Under the pieces are notes generated by a model. The model was not told where the DNA came from. It did no database searches and saw nothing but the letters and a program-made list of their open reading frames with translations. Position numbers and translations under genes: made by a program. From a virus (taxonomy: Duplodnaviria; Caudoviricetes), in the IMG/VR virus record IMGVR_UViG_2829740473_000003, positions 3,016 to 67,015 of that record: DNA of 64,000 bases; one strand, written 5' to 3'. Shown piece after piece: positions 37,283-45,755 of this stretch; the stretch's first letter is position 1; each line of letters begins with the position of its first letter.

Positions 37283-37530
37283 GCGGCTTCCCCTGCTCCC
37301 GCCGCGACAGGAACATTGCGCGGCCATGGCGTGCCCTCCGGCCAATTGGTCGAGAACCAGCGCATGATCTCGTCGTAGGTGCGTGCCGTGAACGTCTTGC
37401 CGTCAGCGATCCGATCGAAGAAACGCCAATCACCGGCGGCCAGCTTGGCAACGGTAGTCAGCTTCCGCCCTGTGGCGGTCGCGTATGCCTCAGCGCAAGC
37501 ACGAAGGTGGGCCCGAAGCTCATGTTCCAT
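37279..37530 (-). CDS. cro: Cro-like repressor
   Basis: 83 aa, divergent from cI; TVAKLAAGDWRFFDRI..T..Y...MRWFS.NWP....WP family pattern. Confidence 0.8.
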   Translation of the reverse strand: MEHELRAHLRACAEAYATATGRKLTTVAKLAAGDWRFFDRIADGKTFTARTYDEIMRWFSTNWPEGTPWPRNVPVAAGAGEAA

Positions 37531-37537
37531 GAGCGAG

Positions 37538-37617
37538 AATGTAGTGGGATTTTTCCTACTGCGTCAATCGGATTTTTCCTGCTCGCACGGCGCCCTTGTC
37601 CGGAGGATAAATCCGAC
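37538..37617. promoter_or_regulatory. OR region: PR-like promoter and three operators (GTNGGA-N4-TCCNAC)
   Basis: Minus strand TTGACG-N18-TACATT; sites at 37544-37559, 37567-37582 and 37602-37617. Confidence 0.75.
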
Positions 37618-38343
37618 ATGGCTTCGCTGAAGGAAATCGTTGAAAAGCGCTTGGCGCAGACCGGTCGCAAGCCCGTTCCTGCTGCGACCGGGGCCGGCCT
37701 AGAGCGCAACTTCATCAACGATATCCTTACCGGCAAAAAAACGTCGATCCGTCAGGCAAGCCTTATCAAGCTGGCGGCAGCTCTAGATATGAGCGCTCCG
37801 GAGTTGGGGGCTCAGCTCGCAGGTGATCCCGAGTCGTCCCTTGGACACTCAACGGTGTCCGCGGTCACCTGGGGCGGACCGACGATTCCGGTCGCCGGCG
37901 TCGTCGAGGCGGGCGCCTTCCGCGAAGCCGACGACAGCAATCAGGACGAACCAGAGTTAGTGCCTGCGGAGCCTGACAAGCGCTGGCCCGAAGCTCGACA
38001 GGTCGCCTTCCGGGTTGCCGGCGACAGCATGAATGCGCTGAAGCCGGTACCAATCCTCGAAGGCGCCACGCTGATCTGCGTCGACTACGAGGACATTGCG
38101 GATCGCCATCCGCTCCGGAGCGGCATGATCGCGGTGGTCGAGCGCGCTGCGCTTGGCGGCCAGATGCGAGAATGGTCGGTCAAGCAGCTCGAGGTGCTGG
38201 ACGATCGGTTCGTTTTCCATCCTCGCTCGACTAGTCAGAAGCACAAGCCGATCGTCGTGACGACGGACTTTGAGGCTGACGACGGAATGACGGTGAGTGT
38301 GTTAGCGCTGGTGCGGCGGATCGACAATCCGGTCATCGACTGA
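37618..38343 (+). CDS. cI: CI-like repressor (HTH plus S24 autopeptidase)
   Basis: N-terminal HTH; VEAG cleavage site, GDSM (Ser) and VKQL (Lys) catalytic motifs. Confidence 0.88.
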   Translation: MASLKEIVEKRLAQTGRKPVPAATGAGLERNFINDILTGKKTSIRQASLIKLAAALDMSAPELGAQLAGDPESSLGHSTVSAVTWGGPTIPVAGVVEAGAFREADDSNQDEPELVPAEPDKRWPEARQVAFRVAGDSMNALKPVPILEGATLICVDYEDIADRHPLRSGMIAVVERAALGGQMREWSVKQLEVLDDRFVFHPRSTSQKHKPIVVTTDFEADDGMTVSVLALVRRIDNPVID

Positions 38344-38373
38344 ACAAAATGTCGATCAGGGAGTTTATATTAA

Positions 38374-38386
38374 AATCAATGACTTA
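38374..38386 (+). promoter_or_regulatory. IHF binding site
   Basis: AATCAATGACTTA is an exact match to WATCAANNNNTTR. Confidence 0.6.
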
Positions 38387-38416
38387 TGCCGTCGATTCAG
38401 CTACTCGAGCGTAGCA

Positions 38417-38445
38417 TTGACATATTGATCCGAGTCGGATACCCT
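38417..38445 (+). promoter_or_regulatory. Sigma70-type promoter for the GNAT pair
   Basis: TTGACA-N17-TACCCT. Confidence 0.55.
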
Positions 38446-38506
38446 CTAGGCGATTTTATCGCAGAGACCGCCCAGGTCCAAGGGAAAATCGCCTAGAGGG
38501 TATCCG
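38436..38506. repeat. Perfect 22-bp inverted repeat with a 27-nt spacer
   Basis: CGGATACCCTCTAGGCGATTTT (38436-38457) / AAAATCGCCTAGAGGGTATCCG (38485-38506). Confidence 0.95.
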
Positions 38507-38645
38507 GCGCCCCCTAGATTGCGACCACCGTCAATAGCTATTATATCTGGTTTTGTTGACCGCCAATCCAGCGACTTTCCCATTGAGGAACACGCTGTGA
38601 TCGGGGGCGTTTTTGCACGAGGCAGGACTGAGCCAGGAGACAGAA

Positions 38646-38843
38646 ATGGCCACGCTAAGACTGCCTTTCGGCAGCCTCTTCGGCCGCCAAAAGGCTTCTC
38701 CCAAAGTCACGGAATCTCGACGCGCTCGCGAGTTCGCAAAGAAGGCATATAACCAAACTGGTGGCGTAACACCAGACCTCAAGCGTGTGTATGATGCCTT
38801 CCTCGACAATGAGCGACGTAGAAACAGCGGCAAGAAGCCCTGA
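38646..38843 (+). CDS. Small basic protein, putative antitoxin (65 aa)
   Basis: Upstream of and overlapping the GNAT gene by 35 bp, in toxin-antitoxin-like arrangement. Confidence 0.6.
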   Translation: MATLRLPFGSLFGRQKASPKVTESRRAREFAKKAYNQTGGVTPDLKRVYDAFLDNERRRNSGKKP

Positions 38844-39372
38844 AACTGCTACCACGATCGAATTTAAGCGCCTCACTGCGGCATGTCAGCGGGGCGCTTT
38901 TTCATGTGGCGAGCGAGAGATCGACACATGGTTTCGCTCGAAGTCACTGAAACACCATAACAACCTCTATCTTCGGGTGATGACGGCGCATCTAACCGGC
39001 AACCCCGCCCCTATGGGTTTCTATGCCCTGAGCATTAATCTAGAAAATGAAAGCGAATTAGAGCCGCGCAATCGCCCGATTTTCAGAAACACATCCGGCC
39101 TCTTCGCCAGCGTCCATTTATCATGGATTGCCATTAGTCGGCCAATGCAGAGGCAGGGACATGGCACCACACTGATGGGCGCCGTACTTGACGATTTCTA
39201 CCAAATTGCAGTGCGCACGGGCATCTTTGCCTTGACGCTCTCCGCGATAAACCCTGATGTCGCGCAATTCTACAAAAAACTCGGCTTCGTAGAATATGGA
39301 AGCCAGACAGCCCGACCGAAACTGTTTCTGCCCTCAAGATCTGTGATCGAGCTTCACGAACAGCAAAGCTGA
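38809..39372 (+). CDS. GNAT acetyltransferase, AtaT/TacT-like toxin
   Basis: FSCG..IDTWF, GFYALS, QRQGHGTTLM (acetyl-CoA motif), AQFYKKLGF. Confidence 0.8.
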   Translation: MSDVETAARSPETATTIEFKRLTAACQRGAFSCGEREIDTWFRSKSLKHHNNLYLRVMTAHLTGNPAPMGFYALSINLENESELEPRNRPIFRNTSGLFASVHLSWIAISRPMQRQGHGTTLMGAVLDDFYQIAVRTGIFALTLSAINPDVAQFYKKLGFVEYGSQTARPKLFLPSRSVIELHEQQS

Positions 39373-39399
39373 GAGCGCTCGTCACGATCCTGATCCTAT

Positions 39400-39648
39400 T
39401 TATGCCGCATCAAGAGCCCCTTCGGGCACCGCTCCAAAACTGCCGATAAGCACGGCCTCGTCTGCGTCCTCTGTTTCAGGATCGACGGCACGTGAAAACG
39501 CGACTGCGCCAGCCTTGACCAGCGCCATGCGTTTCGCGACGCGCATTGCATCGTCAGCCGTCCGGACCTCCATCGGCACGCCCGCTTTGAGTACCCCGCG
39601 CTTCCCCAACTCATATGGCTGCACGACGTAGAACGTCTTCTTGGCCAT
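39400..39648 (-). CDS. Small hypothetical protein (SOS cassette, gene 2)
   Basis: FYVVQPY..A.R.A..AGAVAFSR..DP pattern; GGAG RBS. Confidence 0.7.
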   Translation of the reverse strand: MAKKTFYVVQPYELGKRGVLKAGVPMEVRTADDAMRVAKRMALVKAGAVAFSRAVDPETEDADEAVLIGSFGAVPEGALDAA

Positions 39649-39650
39649 CG

Positions 39651-39893
39651 TCACTCCTCCCCCATCTGTCTGATAGCCGTCACCAACCCGATCGCACTCT
39701 CGCATTTCGGGCACACGAACTGCTGCCGAGCCAGGAAAGCGCTTTCAACTAAGTCATCGATCGTGTCGGGCGCGTCGGCGGCGTCCGGTACAGCGAGGTT
39801 GCGCGCATACGACCGGCGGCAGTTCTGGCAGACGATATTCAGCCTGAAACGTGCCCGTACCGGCCCGGCGACAACAACCTCAGCGCGATCCAT
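39651..39893 (-). CDS. Zn-ribbon small protein (SOS cassette, gene 1)
   Basis: CQNC..CPKC; GGAGAGGG RBS; LexA box upstream. Confidence 0.7.
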   Translation of the reverse strand: MDRAEVVVAGPVRARFRLNIVCQNCRRSYARNLAVPDAADAPDTIDDLVESAFLARQQFVCPKCESAIGLVTAIRQMGEE

Positions 39894-39914
39894 AACCCTC
39901 TCCGCAGCAGATTT

Positions 39915-39929
39915 GTTCTCATTTCGTTC
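39915..39929. promoter_or_regulatory. Alphaproteobacterial LexA box
   Basis: GTTC-TCATTTC-GTTC. Confidence 0.75.
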
Positions 39930-39984
39930 TCGTGAGGAGCAAGAGTCAAGGCCCCGACTGAGGCATCGATTCGGGATCGAAATA

Positions 39985-40036
39985 GTCGGAAATTTCCCAC
40001 CTTAATGTTGACAGTAGGATTTTTCCTACTTACCTT
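39985..40036 (+). promoter_or_regulatory. OL region: PL-like promoter and two operators
   Basis: GTCGGAAATTTCCCAC (39985-40000) and GTAGGATTTTTCCTAC (40014-40029); TTGACA-N17-TACCTT. Confidence 0.8.
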
Positions 40037-40063
40037 CTCCCCTTCGACCGACGGGGACACGTC

Positions 40064-40417
40064 ATGGACGCCTCAGCCACCAAAGCCGCGATCTACACCG
40101 CAGTTTCCGACCGGAGCGCCGTGGACAGCATCTCTCTCGATGCGGCGGTGCGCGCTGGCGAAACCGGCCTCCCCGTCTACTGGCACAACCGTTCCTACAG
40201 CGACGCCTTCGCGACCATCTTCGTGGACCTCGTCCATTCCGTCGGCCTCGACGGCGCCATGGCGGAGATGAGCCGCCGCCACCCCACGCATCCCGAGGCG
40301 TGGCCCGAGCGCCTACTGGCTCGCCTGATACCCATTTCCGAAAGCGCCCGCGCCGAACTGTCGGCCGCCCGTGCGCGCCTCGGCCTCGTCACCCCTGCCG
40401 ACAGGAGCGCCGCATGA
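40064..40417 (+). CDS. Hypothetical protein, first gene of the PL operon
   Basis: GGGGA RBS; ATGA overlap with the next gene. Confidence 0.6.
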   Translation: MDASATKAAIYTAVSDRSAVDSISLDAAVRAGETGLPVYWHNRSYSDAFATIFVDLVHSVGLDGAMAEMSRRHPTHPEAWPERLLARLIPISESARAELSAARARLGLVTPADRSAA

Positions 40418-40584
40418 GCACGGAAGCCGAACTGGAAGCCGCACGCGAATGGCTGCGGCGGCTCTTGGAAGGCGTCACCGCTGCGAATAGCGCGGCCGAG
40501 GCCGTCGCCCTCGCCGCATTCCGGCAACACGGCCCGCGTGCCCAGCAGGTGCCCGCCGTCAGGATCATGGAGGCAGCCGAATAG
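40414..40584 (+). CDS. Hypothetical protein (56 aa)
   Basis: AGGAG RBS; coupled start. Confidence 0.5.
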   Translation: MSTEAELEAAREWLRRLLEGVTAANSAAEAVALAAFRQHGPRAQQVPAVRIMEAAE

Positions 40585-40586
40585 CC

Positions 40587-40919
40587 ATGGGCACCGTTCT
40601 TTCCTTCCGCCCGACCCGGCGCATCCTGCGCCTTCTCAGTTTCCGACGCGCCGCCACGCCCCCGGCGGTGCCGCAGTCGCCGGCCCAAGGCGCACCCCAG
40701 CCGGAGCCGGCGACTGCCCCCTTCCCCTGCGAGGTGGTGAGCCTCGAAGACCCGCGCCTGCCCGGCGTCTTTCCGTGGTGCCCGCCCATGCCGCCCTACG
40801 TCGGCGTGCTGGTCATCGGCGCCGCGGTCGCCACCAGCGCGGCGGCGCACCTCGCCGCCGACCTCTCCCTTCTGCCGGGCCGGATCACGGTCGCGGCCTT
40901 CTCCCCCTGGAGCGCGTGA
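40587..40919 (+). CDS. Hypothetical protein (110 aa)
   Basis: MG.VL.F start; GGAGG RBS; TGATG overlap with the next gene. Confidence 0.5.
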   Translation: MGTVLSFRPTRRILRLLSFRRAATPPAVPQSPAQGAPQPEPATAPFPCEVVSLEDPRLPGVFPWCPPMPPYVGVLVIGAAVATSAAAHLAADLSLLPGRITVAAFSPWSA

Positions 40920-41317
40920 TGTCCAACCTCAAGGCCAAGACCACCGACGCAGATGCGGCAATCGGTTCCCGCATCAAACTGAGCCGAGTGCGCAATGGGG
41001 TGAGCCAGGAAGCCTTGGCCGACCACCTCGGCATCAGCTTTCAGCAGATCCAGAAGTACGAGAACGGCAAAAACCGCCTTTCGGCCAGCGCACTCTGTGT
41101 CGTGGCCGACTTTCTCGGCGTTTCCGCTCTCTGGCTCTTGCGCGGCAGCGAAACCGATGCTGATGCGCCGCCGCCCGCGCCCATGGATGCCGTCGCCGTC
41201 AGGGCGTCGCTGATCATGGCTGGCCTTTCGCCTCGCGCGAAGCACGCCGCGATGACCGCACTTCGTGCGATCGCCGAAGTCGATGGCGAGACGCGGATTG
41301 AAGCGGAGGCGGCCTGA
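40919..41317 (+). CDS. XRE-family HTH transcriptional regulator
   Basis: IGSRIK..R...GVSQEALADHLGISFQQIQKYENGKNRLSAS. Confidence 0.88.
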   Translation: MSNLKAKTTDADAAIGSRIKLSRVRNGVSQEALADHLGISFQQIQKYENGKNRLSASALCVVADFLGVSALWLLRGSETDADAPPPAPMDAVAVRASLIMAGLSPRAKHAAMTALRAIAEVDGETRIEAEAA

Positions 41318-41320
41318 GCC

Positions 41321-41557
41321 ATGGTCCTCTTCTCCGACCGGGTGAACCTCATGGCCCGAGAGCTGACACGCAACGCCGTGGACCTTGGCGACGAACGCGC
41401 CGTCATCGGCCACCTGCAGGGCGCGGGCTTCACCTCCGGCGAGATCTTCGCCGGGCTTGATGCCGCGATCGACACCGCCCGCGTCGAGCGCATCAACGAG
41501 GACATCCTTTCCGGCCTCGCTGGCGGGGAGTGGCCGGGGGCTCGCTCCTCTCGATGA
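41321..41557 (+). CDS. Hypothetical protein (78 aa)
   Basis: GGAGG RBS; in operon orientation. Confidence 0.5.
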   Translation: MVLFSDRVNLMARELTRNAVDLGDERAVIGHLQGAGFTSGEIFAGLDAAIDTARVERINEDILSGLAGGEWPGARSSR

Positions 41558-41662
41558 TCCGCCGCTACTGGAAAGCCCAGTCCAGCGGCGCATCTCCCGA
41601 AACCTATGCGGACCCCGCCGGCGACGTGCCGGCTGTGCCGGTCCATGCCATCGGAGATCGCA

Positions 41663-42700
41663 ATGTCTGACCAGTACGCAGCTTGGCGCGCCGCCCTCGC
41701 GGGCGAGACTGTTGCCATCCATGACGCCGAGCCCAATTCCGGCTTCTATCGGGTCAAGCGCAAGAGCGGGGAGTTGCACCCCGTCGCCATCTGGCGCGAG
41801 GCCGGATCCGTGTTCGCCCAGCTGAACGGCGAGGCCGTCGAGCCCTCGTCCGTGTGGCCGTGGGCCGCGAAGAAGCCTGTCACCTATGAGGCCTATCAGG
41901 ACTTCATGAACGGCAAGGGCTGGCCGGACGACGCGCCCGCGCTGCCCGCCGACAAGCCCGCGACGATCACGACCGCGGACGGCCCGGCCGAGAACCCCCG
42001 CGCGGTGCCCGCCGACAACAGCGGCGACGCCGAGGGCGCGGAAGCCATGCGGCTCGAACTTCTCGGCGAGAAGGAGCTGGCGGACCAGTTCCTCGCCAAG
42101 CCGATCACGTCGCAGGAGGCCGCCGATCAGGTGGCCGTGTGGTCCAAGCGGATCTCCGATCTGAAGAACCGCGCCGACAAGGCCTTTCAGGCGGAGAAGG
42201 CGCCTCACCTCGAAGCCGGCCGGTTGGTCGATGAGAAATGGCGCTGGCGGCAGGACGCCGAGGCGCTGGTGCGCAAGCTGAAGAGTCACGTCACGCCGTG
42301 GCTGGAAAAGCTGCGCGCCGAGGAGCAGGAGCGCGCCCGAAAGGCTGCGGAAGAAGCACGGCGCCAGCAGGAGGAAGCCGCCCGGCTCGCCGCCGCGGCG
42401 CAGGCCGGCGACGCAGCCGCCGCCGCCCAGGCGGAAGAGGTGCAAGCCCGCGCGATCGAGACGGCCAAGGCTGCCGAGGTCCAGCGCACCGGCGCCGGCC
42501 GGACGGGCGCGAAGGTCTCCCTGCGCACCGTGACCGACGTCGTCGTCACCGACCTTCCGGCCCTCGCCGCCTTCTATGCCGGCATGAACGACGCGCCCGC
42601 CGACCTCAAGGAGGTTCTGCTGAAGCTCGCGCGCCGCAACATCTCGTCCGGCGTCACGCCGCCCGGCGTGACCGTCACCACCAAGCAGGTCGCGGCCTAA
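41663..42700 (+). CDS. Conserved phage protein preceding RecT (coiled-coil)
   Basis: GGAG RBS; GFYR..PVAIW N-terminus and EKAPHLEAGRLVD..W motif. Confidence 0.7.
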   Translation: MSDQYAAWRAALAGETVAIHDAEPNSGFYRVKRKSGELHPVAIWREAGSVFAQLNGEAVEPSSVWPWAAKKPVTYEAYQDFMNGKGWPDDAPALPADKPATITTADGPAENPRAVPADNSGDAEGAEAMRLELLGEKELADQFLAKPITSQEAADQVAVWSKRISDLKNRADKAFQAEKAPHLEAGRLVDEKWRWRQDAEALVRKLKSHVTPWLEKLRAEEQERARKAAEEARRQQEEAARLAAAAQAGDAAAAAQAEEVQARAIETAKAAEVQRTGAGRTGAKVSLRTVTDVVVTDLPALAAFYAGMNDAPADLKEVLLKLARRNISSGVTPPGVTVTTKQVAA

Positions 42701-42710
42701 GGAGGCGCCC

Positions 42711-43991
42711 ATGAACACCGCAGTCGCCCCGAAGGACCTCACTCCCGTCGAGCGCTATCGGATGCAGGTTCTGCCACCCGATCGCGCGGCAGACCTCTAT
42801 CGCGGGCTTCCGAGCCACATCAAGCCGGCCGTGTTCGAGCGCAATCTCGTCAACGCGCTGATGCAGAACCCCGACCTGTTGGATTTCCATCCCAGCCTCG
42901 TCTACCGGGAGGTTTCCAAGGCGGCTGGCCTCGGCCTGCTGCTCGATCCGCAGTTGGGCGAGGCCTACATCGTCGTCGCGTGGAACGGCAAGACGCGCCG
43001 CCAGGAACCCCAGCTGCGGATCGGCTACAAGGGCATGCAGAAGCTCGCGCGCCAGACTGGCGACGTGACGAACATCTACGCCCACGAAGTCTGCGCGTCC
43101 GATCAGTTCCGCTGCCGGCTCGGCACCGACAAGAACCTGGAGCACGAGCCGGACGTCTTCGGCGAGCGAGGCCCGGTCGTGGGCTACTATGCAGTCATCA
43201 AATTCCGCGACGGCACGAACGATTTCGAGCCGATGACCGTTACGCAAACCCAGGCGATCCGTGACAGGTCCGACGCGTGGAAGGCCTTTAAGGACGGGAA
43301 GATCAAGTCCACGCCTTGGTCCACCGATGAAGACGAGATGGCGAAGAAGACCGTCCTGCGACGGCTCCTGAAGCGCCAGCCGCAGTCGCCCGAACTCTCT
43401 GAGGCGATCAAGATCGAGGACGAGGCGGAGTTCCCCACCTTCCGCGAGCGTTCCAGCGTCGTGCGGGTGTCCGGGCCCAAGCCGCCGGCGCCCCCCGCCC
43501 CGGCTTCCGAAGATGCCGAAGTGCCTGAGACAACTGTGGTCGCAAGCACCACCACCCCTCCTCCACCCGCCGCCCTCGCCCCGCCCGCGCCGACGGCCGA
43601 CCTTGTGTCTCCGCTCGACAAGCTCACCGACCCGGCCGTCCGGGAGATGGTGACCACCAGCGTGCAGGCGCCGCCGCACATCGCTCAGAGATCCGCTGCC
43701 CCGCCGGCTCCCCCGGCGCCTGCAGCTGCCCCGGCGCGCGAGGAGCGCGCACCCAGCCCGGCCGAGGGGGCGCAAAGCCCTGACCGCGCCCCCTCGCCGG
43801 TGCCCTTCCCGAACCTGCCCGAGCATCTCGCGGGGCTCTGGAAGCAGCTTTCCGAGTGCGAAAACCAGATCGCTCTCGAAAACACCTGGGCGTTCGAGGA
43901 AGACGACATCAACGGGTGGTCCATGGCCGATCGGGAACGCGCGGCCGCGCTCTACGAGAGCCGCCTCGCCGAGCTCTACCGGAAGCGGTGA
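42711..43991 (+). CDS. recT: RecT-family single-strand annealing protein with Pro-rich linker
   Basis: GLLLDPQLGEAYIV..QLRIGYKG..W..DEDEMAKKTVLRRLLK motif. Confidence 0.88.
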   Translation: MNTAVAPKDLTPVERYRMQVLPPDRAADLYRGLPSHIKPAVFERNLVNALMQNPDLLDFHPSLVYREVSKAAGLGLLLDPQLGEAYIVVAWNGKTRRQEPQLRIGYKGMQKLARQTGDVTNIYAHEVCASDQFRCRLGTDKNLEHEPDVFGERGPVVGYYAVIKFRDGTNDFEPMTVTQTQAIRDRSDAWKAFKDGKIKSTPWSTDEDEMAKKTVLRRLLKRQPQSPELSEAIKIEDEAEFPTFRERSSVVRVSGPKPPAPPAPASEDAEVPETTVVASTTTPPPPAALAPPAPTADLVSPLDKLTDPAVREMVTTSVQAPPHIAQRSAAPPAPPAPAAAPAREERAPSPAEGAQSPDRAPSPVPFPNLPEHLAGLWKQLSECENQIALENTWAFEEDDINGWSMADRERAAALYESRLAELYRKR

Positions 43992-43996
43992 AGCAC

Positions 43997-44437
43997 ATGG
44001 ACAGCTTCCTTCTGGAGAAGACGCCCCGCGGCTTCGTCCCTGCCTTTCCGCAGGATGCGGACGACGCCGCCCAGGTGCCAATGGGAACGCAGGTCCGCGT
44101 CTCGATGCCCGGCAAGTCCGAGAAGACGAACCGCTTCTTCTGGGCGCTGATGACCCACGTCGGCAACGCGTTGGGGATCGACAAGCGGTCCCTCGCCACC
44201 GAGCTGCTGGTGAAGCTCAACCGGGTGGACGCCTTCCAGTTCACGGACGGAAGGATGCAAGTCGTCCCGCGGTCCATCGCCGCGATGAAGGTCGATGAGT
44301 TCCGGACCTTCCTCGACGAGGCGCTGCTGCTCCTCGTCACCCACTACCTGCCCGACATGCCCCGCGACCGGCTCCTCGCCGAAGTGCTGCGCATGTGCGG
44401 GGTGAGCTATGCCGATATCATGGGAGGCCGCCGGTGA
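43997..44437 (+). CDS. Hypothetical protein (DUF1367/NinB-like)
   Basis: NRFFWAL..VPRSIAAM...F..F pattern. Confidence 0.55.
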   Translation: MDSFLLEKTPRGFVPAFPQDADDAAQVPMGTQVRVSMPGKSEKTNRFFWALMTHVGNALGIDKRSLATELLVKLNRVDAFQFTDGRMQVVPRSIAAMKVDEFRTFLDEALLLLVTHYLPDMPRDRLLAEVLRMCGVSYADIMGGRR

Positions 44438-45333
44438 CGTTTCGCCCGATCCAGGCCGACGATCATGTCCTGCTGATCGACGGCTCTTCCTTCCTCTGGC
44501 GCGCATTCTACGGCAGCGCGGCGGTGACCCGGCGCAGCGACGGCCACCCCGTCGGCGCGATCTCCGGCTTCTGCTGGATGATCTGGACCCTGCTCCACGA
44601 AACCCCTGCGCTACCGCCGGCCTCGCACCGCGCGATGATATTCGACGCCGGCCGCCGGAATTGGCGCCACGACATCCTCGCGACCTACAAGGCGAACCGC
44701 AGCGAGCCGCCCGACGACATCAAGCGGCAGTTCGGCCCGGTGCGCGCCGCGTGCGCCGCTCTGCCGATTCCGATGGTGGAGCTCGCCGGCTACGAGGCGG
44801 ACGACCTGATCGCCACCTACACCCGCAAGGCCGTGGCCGCCGGTGCGGGCGTGACGATCGCCACCGGCGACAAGGATCTCGCTCAGCTGGTGGACGACCG
44901 CGCCGGCGTCTGCCTCTACGACGCCAGCAAGGGCAAGACGATGCGCGAGGCCGAGGTGCTGGAGCGCTTCGGCGTCCCGCCGGCCGGCGTTCTCGACTTT
45001 CTCGCCCTCGCCGGTGACACCACCGACAACATTCCCGGCGTGCCCGGCATCGGCGCCAAGCGCGCGGCCGAACTGGTTTGCCGCCACGGCACGGTCGAAG
45101 ACATCATCGCGGCCGGCGCAGCGCGGCGGGAAAAGCAGGCGGTGAAGGTCGCCGAGCACGCCGAGAGCGCGCGGGTGAGCCGTCGTCTGGCCACCCTCGA
45201 CAGCGCGGTTCCGGTGCCGACCTCGCTCGCCCACTTGGGCGCCAACGAGCCGGATACCGACGCCTTCGGCGCATTCCTCGATGAATGGGATCTTGGCGGG
45301 CTCGCTGAGCGCCTGAGAGCGAGGGCAGCATGA
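44434..45333 (+). CDS. 5'-3' exonuclease / flap endonuclease (PolA N-terminal-like)
   Basis: LLIDGSS..RAFY, YKANR, EADD.IAT, TGDKDL, ALAGDTTDNIPGVPGIGAK motifs. Confidence 0.9.
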   Translation: MTFRPIQADDHVLLIDGSSFLWRAFYGSAAVTRRSDGHPVGAISGFCWMIWTLLHETPALPPASHRAMIFDAGRRNWRHDILATYKANRSEPPDDIKRQFGPVRAACAALPIPMVELAGYEADDLIATYTRKAVAAGAGVTIATGDKDLAQLVDDRAGVCLYDASKGKTMREAEVLERFGVPPAGVLDFLALAGDTTDNIPGVPGIGAKRAAELVCRHGTVEDIIAAGAARREKQAVKVAEHAESARVSRRLATLDSAVPVPTSLAHLGANEPDTDAFGAFLDEWDLGGLAERLRARAA

Positions 45334-45755
45334 CCGCCTTTCGCATCGTGCGCCCGGACACTGCATTCGCCGCCGCCCCCTCAAAAGGGGCAAAGCGCCC
45401 GCGCCGGTTCCACACCGACCATCTCCGGTTCATCCGGACCCTGTCATGCACGGTCTGCGGCACCCATCGCTTTGTCGAGGCCGCCCATGTGCGCATTGCC
45501 TCCGCCGTCCATGGGAAGCGCGAGAGTGGCATGTCGCAGAAGCCCGACGACTGCTGGTCCGTGCCGCTGTGTGCCGAGCATCACCGCGAAGGGCCGGACG
45601 CACAGCACAAGGTCGGCGAGGACGCGTTCTGGCGCGCCCAGGGGATCGACCCCTGCAACCTCGCCCTCGCCCTGTGGTGCGCCACCGGAGACGAAGAGCG
45701 GGCCGAATCCATCCTGGCAGAGACGCGGGCGCGCGCCCGGAAGGATCCGAAATGA
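45330..45755 (+). CDS. DUF968-like putative HNH nuclease
   Basis: HLRFIRTLSC.VCG..EAAHVR..KPDD.W.VPLC.EHH..QH..GE..FW. Confidence 0.8.
   Translation: MTAFRIVRPDTAFAAAPSKGAKRPRRFHTDHLRFIRTLSCTVCGTHRFVEAAHVRIASAVHGKRESGMSQKPDDCWSVPLCAEHHREGPDAQHKVGEDAFWRAQGIDPCNLALALWCATGDEERAESILAETRARARKDPK

Noticed and set aside
43460-43810. Pro/Ala-rich low-complexity repeats in RecT
   Set aside because: Consistent with an ordinary flexible linker; no exact DNA tandem repeat
40796-44081. Minus-strand ORFs of 648 and 468 aa opposite the PL operon
   Set aside because: Shadow frames; the plus-strand genes have RBSs, coupling and family motifs
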